Shown in pieces: positions 51,401-62,889 of a DNA stretch of 64,000 nt. Position 1 is the first letter of the stretch. Every line of letters starts with the position of its first letter. The position numbers and the translations under genes are program-made. The notes under the pieces were generated by a model. The model ran no database searches and had not been told where the DNA came from. It saw nothing but the letters and a program-made list of their open reading frames with translations. Origin of the DNA: Podarcis bocagei (Eukaryota); NCBI GenBank assembly GCA_964188305.1, contig OZ076888.1; one strand, written 5' to 3'.

Positions 51401-54400
51401 AGGAAATGAGTTAGGTTTTGTTAGGAGGGGTAACACTTCATTAATGTTCTGTGGTCCAGAAAGAAATTATAACCACCCCCAGTGTGGAGTGGAGAAACTA
51501 GAAGTCCGGTAACCTGGTTCTCTTGCAAGGAAGTCCCAGTGACTTGAAAGGGAGGGGTTTGTCTTCCGCCGAGGAAAAAGAGAATGCGCAACCCCCACTT
51601 AAAGAAACCCACAAGTCAGTAGGGCTAGGTTTATCTCACAAATCAGCCCTGGATACATGTACGTGAGAATGAGGCCCGGTTTGTGCCCAGGATTAGGAGT
51701 AGAGGTTAAATCTCTCCCCTCAAGTTGAGTTGGGATGCGGCTCGGACTGGCCACTCAAGAATCCACGCGAGATTCAACCCATGTTAACTGGTAGTAAGCG
51801 GAATTTATTTTATTTACTTAGCAGAATGTATATATTTATAACTCGGTTGTAATAAAACCTCTACGCGGCTTACAATAAATATTAAAAGTATCAGTACAAT
51901 TCTGGCAAGAGTTCTTCCTGAGCCGGTTGCTCAGAGTCCAGAATGGTATCATCATAAGTTCTGCTTCCAAATATCAAGATCTAGTGTCGTGAGAAAAAAA
52001 CACCCCTCCACGCACACTGAAAAAAAAAGGGGGGGGGGATTATTTCACCAGGGAATGAAAAGTGAAATTTTAAACCAGTGAAGAGGCCCAGAGCCTGCCC
52101 GACCCTACACCGGAAGTCAAAGCCACTGAAATCTATGAAGCTTCCTATCAAATTTAGCAATAATCGGGTAGCTGAGCTTTGATACAAGTACTCCGGCTCA
52201 AGTAGCTTGTGGATTAGGCTGACAAAACCTCTTTTCAATATCACTTTTAGAGCCCCATTAGGACTGGAAGCTGAACTCGCCTTGTAGGCGGTGATCGGAC
52301 CTAGTGGGTTCCAGCTGAACAGTTTTCGGAGTCGAAAACTGAAACTAGATTCTGCCCCGCACGTTCAAAAGACCCCGTTAAGCAGATTTGTTCATTTAAA
52401 TCTCGCACAACAAAATACCATTCTAAAGAAACTCTCTCCCTCCCTCCCCATTTCGTTTCAAAATATCTCAGAGCACACGTCTCCCAGAATTAATTCCCCC
52501 TCCTCTCCAGAGCAGATCATGAAAGTTAACGGGACTTATGGAGACAAATGGTTTTGTGGAGCGTAGCCCAAGCTGATTTGAAATGGAAAGCGAGCCTGTA
52601 TCTCAGGGTCACCAGGAAAGGCGTGTGTGTGAGAGAGAGAGAGACATTTCAGTTTCCTATACATGGTATATAGACAAATCGCACTATCGTTTAGAAATAT
52701 TTAACGGAATCGTTTTTGACTTAAATACTTGCTCACTGCCCTGAGGAAGATGGAGATGAGGTGTGAGAAAAACCATCTCCAACATCTCCAGCATGGAGAT
52801 TTCCATGAATATCTCCAACAACTCCCAAATAATCATTGCTTGTGCGAGGGAATTGTATACTGTATAAAATACGGGCTTTGTATGTAAGTGTATTGTGTAT
52901 GTTTAACTGTCAGCTGCTCTTAGTGGGGAGTCGAAGATTGCGGATCGCCTGGCAAAAAAAGAAAAAAGAAAAACCCTAATAATTTCAAAACATTCAATGG
53001 AGCGGCGGTGACGTCACGGGGTATTAGCATATGAGGAGGGGATAAAGTCAGTGTGGCTGAGGGTGATAAGGCCCCTCCTGAGGAATTCACCGCTTGTTTT
53101 AATACATTAATTATTTCGCCGCTGCCCGCAAGTTTTTGCCATTTGTAAGAGCTTAAGCCTTCTCGTGGAGAAGGGACTGGGCGGGTTAAGGGTGCAAAGA
53201 ATCCCTTTGCAGAATGTCTTATAGGTCGGCGAGCGGGAGGAATTGCTCAGGGGGATCTCACGCCCGTCCCCTCCTCTCAGAAAAGAAGGAAAGCCATGGG
53301 TTGCTATACTGCTCCTTTTGAAATACGGATGGGGTACTGAGTAGTAATCAGTACTATTTACGTACATACAGGCTATCTGCGACACACCCTACAGCCGGGG
53401 AGATGTCCTGAGCTAGGGAAGTGGGGAGCACAGCCCTGCCTCACTGGGAGAGGTCTTTCCCTGGCTCTGGAGCGGAGCCCTTGCAGGATCGCAGCCCGAA
53501 GATGCTTAAACGGGATGCAGCACAGGATAGGTGCTGTATTGCGCTGATGTCAAGATGTTCCCTGGCGACAGGGGAAGTCTCAGCACCTCCGTCCTCTTCC
53601 CCAGTCCCATCAGAAGGAAGGTGATTCTGCCGCTCAGTCACTTCTCCTCATGTGTTGTTATATAAAACTTACTTTTCACACACACACGTATGTGTGTATA
53701 GATCTCGCCCTGTTCTTCCACTCTCAAAGGAACGCCCATTAATTTTAGGCAAATTTATTTGGAGTAAGTCCTATTCCGGTCAGTGGGATTTGCTTCTGGG
53801 TAAGCACGCTCAGGACTGAGATGCCCCGTCTGATCAGGTGCTGTTGGGAATAATAAGGGTGGGGAAAACTGGAGAGAGGATCTTCATGGGCTGATCCATT
53901 GCCCCAGTTAAGCTGCAGGTCTCTTGGAATTCGGAGATCTCTCCTAAGCACATTTCAGGAGCAGTCGCAACGCTTCCCAGGGAACCTCCATCGCATAACA
54001 GCTCAGCTTAACTGGGCGACGGATCCTGGCTGAACAGCTGGCAAGGAAACGAAAGACCCCAGAGACGATAATTCGGAGCCAAACTCTGCCCCGCTTTATG
54101 AAGGGGCATCTCAAGGGGGAGGGGGGGGAGAGACAGGCCCTTCTCTGTCCGCCAGGGATTCCCTCAATTCATGTTCCGACAGCAGAAGGATTAGAACACA
54201 GATATATAATTTTGTACTGAGGGAATGAGAATGGCAGGTTCGCAGGGCCCTCTTAGCAGCAGCCCCGGGGTGTTCTCCGCAAACCCAAGGCTTTGCTCAG
54301 TCGGCAGCCTGCAGCGGTGATAGCCTCTGTCCTGAACTGGACTCGAACCCGCCTTGGCTGGTGACATCCGCGACAAGCGTCCCAAAAAATCCTTCCTAGT

Positions 54401-57400
54401 CTCATTACGCTCACATCAACCCTTCTAAAAGAAGACCTGCGAAGACATGTGCTACAAATGCGAACGAAAAAGCGCCCAGGAAACCGCGCGAACCTGCAGG
54501 CTAGGAAACTATGGCGTGCATTCCTGCTTTTGCCACTCTAGGCGTGTAATGTTACTAAGGTCAATGGGACTTCTCCAGTGCGAAATGTTTTCTATTTGCC
54601 AAAGAGTTGTGACGTTGGTGCGTCTGTTCAGCGCACATACCAAACCCAGCAGATATCGTATAGGCCTCACTAAAAACAACAGAAAGACTCTGATGGGTCT
54701 GGATTGCAACCTGGACCCACAACCCAACCACTTAACTGAAGCTCAAGGGTTTGAGCTGACGGGCTGTCCCTTCCTGAACACATACAATACTGCTCCAACC
54801 CTCCTGATCGCAGTCATATGCAAGTTTACTCAGAAGCAAGTCCCATGGAAATCAATGATATTTCGCCACAGGCCTGGTTTGGAGCCTAGCCCTAAAAGTG
54901 TTTAGGACTGTGTCGACAATCCTTCTTTACACAAGTGGTTTAGAACTGGGACACGTGCAATTCTTTCTGTCTGTGATGACATATATACACATACAGACAG
55001 ATACCTAAACCTAGATGTTGCGTTATTATCATAGCTGTACTATGTAAGTGTAAGTACAAATTTAGGGAGAGGAAAGAATCTAAATCCATTCCAAGTAATG
55101 GGATGTGTGGATCGTATCAGCAGACAGGCCATCTTCACATCCCATTTGACGCCAGTGACAAAATTCCTACTAATTTAAATGGGTCTGCAGTGCATTCACA
55201 AACAGCTTATAAGTATATGATAAACACAACACTGAAATACACAGGAGACAGGTAGGTGTTCACAAGCCAGTGCAACACAACTATTCTTTTTTGGCTCGGT
55301 TAGAAGAGCAGTTTCTAAATTTGAAACATGCCACCCCACTCCAAATCTCAAGAGCGTTTGAACGCGCAAACTCAGCCCTTTCCCTACAAACGACCATCGC
55401 AGACATTTGAAATGTACTTCCCTCTTACGTACCTAAAAGCCGATAACTAAGGTCCTGTTCGGAGGTGAGGTGCTTTGCCTACAAACTATAACAGAAATGT
55501 GAAAGCTACAAATTCTGAAGAGTGGCGCAAATAGAGGGCTCTGGAAACTAATTGGTTCAAGTAATCCATATTTTTAACAAGGGAAAATAAGTGAGAATTT
55601 TTTGGGGAAAGAGGCTGGTTGGAGAGGCTTTTCATCGTTTAACCCGTCACCTTCTCAAATAAAGTAACGCAAACTAAGGGATGTAACAGCGAAAACTTAA
55701 AAGCTGAACACAGAATACATTAGAGATCGGGATGGCAGGTTCTGCAGCATGAGTTAACTAGCGGCTAGGCATCCCCATAATCTCTACTGCTCCTCACAAA
55801 CACTGAAGTTATTACTCAGAGATATTTCTCATTTGAGTACTTTAACTAAATCTCTCATTCATTCATTCATTCATTCATTTTAAAAAGGTGTGGAAACTGT
55901 AAATTTCTCTCTACAGTTTTCTTCCCCACAATGACCAGATACAGTCGATGCGGCATGCCCATATTATAAATACCAGTAGTACAGTTTCGGGGTTGAAATT
56001 TTAACCATTATATATATATAATGTAATACACACACTTCTACCGCACGCCAGTCTCACCACAATATATAGTTTACCTGCATGTAAAACAATTAACCGCGTC
56101 AGCTTGTCACCTTCAGAACACCAGGGACACAAGTGAAATGTACGAGAGGGAAATTGACCGGGGTTGTTCCTCAGCTGCCAAGGTGACAACTTGAATTACA
56201 TTCCTAATGGAAAGGGGCTACTTTCCCCTCGATGCTAATTTGACCTTCAGAGAATACACGCTCTCTAGCATTTACTTAAGGGGAAAAAACGAGGAAAGCA
56301 ACATCAAAACGATATGTAAAGAAGAAGACAACGTAAGATCGCACCTGGCCTTTTAACTCTTTGCAAATGGAACTACCGGTAGTTTCCCCAGAAGTTTAAA
56401 AAATGAGCATCACGTTGTCTATGGCTGAGTTTGTGGGAAATGGGGCGAGGGGAGTTGGTTTATATGTGTGGGTATAAAACTAATATTACTAACTTGCTGG
56501 CACAATCAAACTTCAACCTCGGAACTATTAGCTTAAAACTACCAGCAACTGAAAAGTAAACCCAAAACACACAAAGGATCTGTTTAATTTTTTTCGTCCA
56601 GTGGGCTAAAATGAGGACCCCATCACTATGCACTTAAACGTTATTCCTTGTCTCCCTGAGGCGTTTGATCAGTTCTTTTCCCATGTGAGGAAACTGGCAG
56701 CTCCAAGGCCGTCAGTGGAACTCCCATAACAAAAGTCCTGAAAAGCTGAATGAATTGGGCATATAATTACTGCACACACACACACACACCCTCCTATCCT
56801 TTGCAGCTTATCTCTTTCTTATTCATGCAACATATATTGTCACCTAATCTCACCCTCAATATTGCGCTTCCTCGCTTTTTTTTTTTTTTTTTTTTTTTTT
56901 TGGTAAGCAGCTACCACCACAACAACTACTATGACAAATTCCTTCCCGGCAGAAATTAACCATAGCTTCCTATCTGTCGCAAAGCAAAGAGCCAAAGGTG
57001 AAAAACTGTGAAAAATGGAAGGGGTTAGTTATTTAAAGGTGGTTTGCTAATTACTCTTCCCCAGAGTTTAGGGAGTCATTGCAATCTGCGTCTTCCCCAC
57101 AAGGAAGGATGCTTTGACTAAGTTTTGTTTTGTTTACTTACATCTCGGGAACTATAAGGTTTGGTCTTTGCTCTTAACGTATTTACTTAGCCGGAAGTCC
57201 AACTGCCTTAAACAGAATTGACTTACTAGTAGGGCTGCAATCATGGCTACATTTTCTTGGGAGTAAGTGTAACTGAATTCAGCAGGACTCCTCAGTAAAT
57301 CTACATAGGACTGGGCTGTGTGTTGAGGACCTCAGCTCTGATTATTTTAGTACTTGAAGACAATATCAAAACTTGATTCCATGCATGTGAGTCAAACTGA

Positions 57401-58365
57401 ATCCAATAGGAGTAACGCCACATACCTAATCACTACTGATTAATCAAGAATGAATTAAAATACATCCAATCTTTCTGTCATAGTATATTACGTGTGTACA
57501 TATCACACAAGTATACTCCAAAGTGCAATACAGATACCTTAAACTGAGACTCATTTCATAATGTCTTTTATGGGATACTTTATGCACACTGGAATCGTCC
57601 TCAACACAAAATCAGTCCTTATTTCCTTGAATGGAACTTTTTTTCTGGGTACTTTGAATATCCACCTACCTAATGCAGATACCCAATAAAAATGCTCTCT
57701 ATACAATTGCCAGTTCTGGCTTTTATGCCCAGAATAGCTGTAGGATTTATATAGATATATCTGTATTTTCACATCTGTATTTAAAATAGGCAAATGCCTG
57801 CGATGAGCTACCGCAGCCTATCCCACAGACCTAAAAAATCTAACCACCTCCCGGCTCTATGCTCCATTGCACGGCCCTTGTGGGAAGAGAGAAGCCCGAA
57901 GTACCTTAAAAGCCGAAATCTGTTTGCCGTCCAGATTCAGGCAGTCATTCCCCAACCCCCCTTGAGTCTTGGAGGCCAGCCTTGCTTGCTTCTGGGTTTG
58001 TGTTCAGAGCTGGATGGAGAAGCTTGGGAGGGGGTGGGGTGGAGAGAGATCCTCCAGAGATTGCTCTACCGCAAGAATTTGTCGCTTGGAGGAATAAGTA
58101 CAGCTATTACAACCAAATCTACTAGCAGTCTAAATAATTAATTGAACCATTGCTCTTTGACCCTTGCAAAGTCCAATAGGGACCCGTTTGTAGTAATAAT
58201 ACCCCCCAAACGAGCCCTTGTCAAATATTCATTTAGTGGTTAATTCGAGCCATTTCCCCTTGGGACAGCCTGTAATACCAGCCTCTCCGGCTTGCCAAGA
58301 AACCCTGTTAATCTACCTCTCCAGGTCAGCAAAATATTTTAACACCCCGTCCTTAAAATGCTACC

Positions 58366-58413
<48 letters not shown>
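58366..58413. repeat. (AAT)n microsatellite
   Basis: Direct observation. Confidence 0.97.
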
Positions 58414-61400
58414 CCTCCCCCCCAAAAAAAAAAAAAATCGCAGGGGATCTCCTAATCTTTATCCATGGTCTGTCTATTTGCTGGGGCTAGGCTTAAGGAA
58501 ATGTGACACTCCATCTCTGCCACCCGACATCCAAGCAACGTGCCTATTTTTGAAAGGAGAAGAAATATAGGTGGAGAGACCAGCCCTTAAAAAGGACCAT
58601 GAGACCCACTTAAATGGGATCTGGGGGAAATACATTTCTACACACTGAAGGAGCAAAACAGGGGCGTTAAACAACTGTTATTCCTATATTTCAGAGATAG
58701 GAGGGAAATCGAAAATGCTGCCTCCTATTTGTTAAAGCGGCTGAATAAGGGGGGGGGGAGCCCTTTCTAGATTTGCATGAATAACGTTTCTGCTCAGTTC
58801 ATTTAACTGTGCCTATCTCACGGCCTCAATCACGGCAAGAGAGCGGATTTCAAATGCGTTTTCTTAATCGCGCATACAAAAGCTCATTATAATTTTCATA
58901 ATAATAATAAGTTTTGGTCACCTCACAGTTTGGAATGGAGGGGGAAGGTGGCAGAATTCATTAAGCAAATTTTGTTTAAAAGCAAATGATTATCTGCGGC
59001 CCTGGATGTATTTGCAAGCGTTCACGTAACAATCCCGCCACGTCGCTCAGTTTCTTTCAGACCAAGCTCTCCCTTCCAGGTAATCAACTAAAATTAACAA
59101 CAACAATAACAGTGTCGAAGTCGGTTGTACGGGATAAGAGAATTATCGTGAAAAGTGTACATTCAACCATTTGAAATGTGAGCGAAAGGGGAGGAAAGCT
59201 TTTTACCACGGCACGTGAAGAATCCCTCCTGGTCGCGTTTACCATCGCAAGCAAATCCTTCCAGACCGTTTTACATTCATAAACGTGGGGAGGAAATCGG
59301 GGCGAAGGACTTAGAATTCCAAATACTAATTTAACCCTTCTGTCCTATTCCTTTCTGGAAAGCGAGCAGATCGCTCCTGAAGCCCAAAGGGGGTTGAGAT
59401 CCTGCGTGTGAGACTCTTTGTAGAGCGGCCTTCTAGAAAGCAAGGCCTGCAATCAAACCCACCGATTGTAGTTTGCAAATTGTGGAGTCACACAAAGGGC
59501 TGGTGGAGAGGGTTTCAAGAATTCAATGAAATGCCCCGGACTTTTGTAATTAAACACCTTGCTCCTAAGAACCCGCATTTAAGCACTTTTACGGGGAAGA
59601 ACCTCACTCACATCAATAGCACTTGATTCCGAGTTAATGGGTCCCTAAGAACACATTGCAAGGATGTACAGTCGTGGGACTGACTTTCCAGAAAGCTGTG
59701 TCCTAATTCTTGCCTTGGAGCCCGATTTGGAACAGATTTACTGGAAATTCCCTCCCAGTAAGTATGTTTAGGCTCTGTTAGGAAGCCGTCCAAGCACACG
59801 GTGCCACTTTCCCAAACAAATGGATTTCAGCTGAGATGCCAGTAAGCGGCCTAAGCTAGCAGCTAAGGAAGAATCTCTAAAATAAATGAATAAATTGAAA
59901 CAGCTAACAATTGCCATTCACTGAGAAATAATAGTTTGCTGAGGAATAATTAAACACTTGCTTCTTCAGCTTTAAAAAAAATAAATGTACGATTTCTCCC
60001 AAAACGTTCTACTGTGAAATGGCTTTCAGAAATCCTAAACAACAGTATTCATTTTTGGTTCGGGTGGTGAAACGTATACTTTCTGAAATTTGCTGTATGT
60101 AGGAGGGAAATGGCTCTATAGTGCCTGAAGGATTTCCAGAGAGAAATCTAGTCTGCGCCAATGTCTTAAGCTTCTGTGGCGAGGGCTCTACCGTACAGGC
60201 CCGGATTTATTCCATTTTCACCCCAGATTTGGCATTAGTTTTTCCATTGATTCCCACAGAGCACACTTCTCTATAAGCCTGTTTAAAATGCAAACCACGA
60301 TTCACAAAACTCTCACTTTCACGATCCTCAGGCATTTGTCTGCAAGAATCGCAGCCCAGTCCTAAATACCTATACTTGAAAATAAGTCCTATTGATTTTC
60401 ATCGGGCTTTACTTCCGCATAAGTATTTTAGGATTGCAAATAAAGTCCCATTGATTCCAGTAGAATTTACCCAACAAACAGGTGCATTACAAACGGAGAG
60501 ATGTGGGAAAGCAGATATCTTTACAAGCTAAGACTCGACATACTTTTTCTTACTTTTAAAAAAAGTATATTTAAGGGTACAATGAAAATAACAGCATAAA
60601 GTTAAACAAGATATACCTCTCTGCCAGACGAAGTTGTCTTCTTTAATGTGCGTTTTGGAGGGGCGGGAGAGGGCTTGAGTTTCGCAGCTTTTTCCTGAAA
60701 CTGGCTGCTTCACCTCGCTGGTGAATTATGAACTAGGAAGAGAGAGCTTTTGTGAAAGCCTATGGCATTACAAAATTGAATAGATTATTATTCTCAGTAT
60801 TGATGGCTTACATTTAAATCCACCCCACCCCACCCCCTCGCCCTGGCTATCTCTTTCCCCACCTCCTCAGAGACCCCAAACCCCCTCGTCTGCAATGAAA
60901 AAAACAAACCAGGGAAAGTTTAGAAAGGCGCAGAGAGCTGCCCGTTTTTGCGTTGTTGTGGTGCAATTGTCTTGAAACCGCGACTTTGCCATTTCCCCAA
61001 AACACACACGGAGGACTGTAGAAAGCACACACCAGCACACACGCACACCCCAGCCAACCAAGCCTCACTTCAAGTCCATTTTCTCCCAAAGCACAGCGCT
61101 TCAAGCGGAGATCGCCCTTCTTACGAGAGAAGTTAAGAGAGCCACGCACCTCGCTCGCTTCCTACTTCTGCTGGTTCTCCTCGCGTTAACAGTCCAGCCT
61201 CATCTGAACTCCGGGGGCTTTGGTCAGCTTTCAGGTGGCAACAAGTGGTCGTTTCTTCCAGCAGCGAAAATCACCCAACCGACTTTCTATGCCATGTTAC
61301 TTTTCTCATTTATTATAGCAGAAGAAAAGTGTCACTTACAGTCGGCTGCGTTTTCCATTGTCGAAGGATTACTCATTTCATATAGTTATCTGGGCCACAT

Positions 61401-61640
61401 CCAATTTCAGGCCTTGCATTATTTTAAGTAGAAACTAATTGGCATTGAAATTACCTTCTGAAAACAAAGCAGGAAAAGATTTCCTCATTCCTAGAGTTTT
61501 ATTCTACAATATTATTTATCACACCAGTTTATAACTGGTCCTTGAGCAGCACGGAATTTAAAAAATAACATAAAATTCATCCTGCTTTCTGAAAATAAAT
61601 CGAAGACTCAAGTGTTATTTCAGTGTCCATATTTCAAAAA

Positions 61641-61646
61641 TTTATT
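61641..61646 (-). terminator. SOX2 polyadenylation signal AATAAA
   Basis: tttatt on the plus strand, about 20 nt before the inferred conserved mRNA end. Confidence 0.8.
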
Positions 61647-61708
61647 TATCTCAAACTGTGCATAATGGAGTAAAAACTTAACTCAAATATGTACCTGTTT
61701 ATAAGGAT

Positions 61709-61848
61709 NNNNNNNNNNNNNNNNNNNNNNNNNNNNNNNNNNNNNNNNNNNNNNNNNNNNNNNNNNNNNNNNNNNNNNNNNNNNNNNNNNNNNNNNNNNN
61801 NNNNNNNNNNNNNNNNNNNNNNNNNNNNNNNNNNNNNNNNNNNNNNNN
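61709..61848. other. Assembly gap (140 N) within the SOX2 3'UTR
   Basis: Run of n characters. Confidence 1.
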
Positions 61849-62889
61849 ATGGACTGCCGGCGGACTGATTTCAGATAATACACAGCCGAGTACAACTACG
61901 GGAAATGAGGAGGGACAAAAATTAAAAGAACTTAAAATAGCGTCACAATAAATTTACAGAAATATTACAAACCATAAGAAAATATTTCAAACACAAGAAT
62001 TTCAGATTGTTTTGCTGTCGTTTTAGCTGAACAGGAGAAAGTTTGAAAACAAAAAAGCTATTTAAATTAACAAATGTGTGTGAACCTGCAAGACAATTTT
62101 TGCTTTTTAAACAACGTGTAAAAAAATGTAGTACACCCTAAACTTTTGCCCTTTTATATAAAAAAAACAGTTCCAGTTCAATGGTATGCAAGTACTTATT
62201 CTATTTATTTTTTGCCTTTTGTACAATTGCTAAAACAATTAAAACGTCCAGATTTTTGTTTTAAAATAAAATTCAGCTTCCTTTTTTGTGCAGCTGCTAT
62301 AAATCCATCTATCCAATTATCAGAACGTCTTAAGTAGACTCTGATGTATTTTAAAAATAATTGGCAAATTCTCAAGGTTTCCCCCCTCATCTTTTTAATA
62401 TAAACAATGGGCTTTTCGATTGCCATGTTTATTTTGATAAATACTGTACAAAAGTTGCTTGCAAATATTAAAACATTTCCCACCCCATTTCCCAGTCTCC
62501 TTCCCTTCCCCCCTCCCACCTTCCTACGTCGCTTTCTGGAGTCTAGTTCTAAAGATTATGGGTCAAGACTTTTTTTATTTTTTACTTTTAAAAACCTTTC
62601 CTGCAAAGTACCATTTCCATAGGAACTTCGGGGGTGGGGGTGGGAGGGACGGGGGAGAACAGGTTTCCAAAGGAGAGGGAGGGAGAAAACAAAAATAAAA
62701 AGATCTATACAAGTTCCTTGATGGGTTTGGAATTTTTTTTTCATTTTTTTGTATCTGATTGGTTTCTCCCTACCCAGTTATTCTCTGTACAAAAATAGTG
62801 TCCCCCCCAGAAAAAGAGGACAGGAAGGGGAGAAAGGGGGGGAAAGTCAGAAGTTCAGAATTTCTAATAAAAGTTTGTTGCTCGGTCTA

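Noticed and set aside
58358-58570. ORF with poly-Ile and poly-Lys
   Set aside because: Translation of the (AAT)n microsatellite and an A-run.
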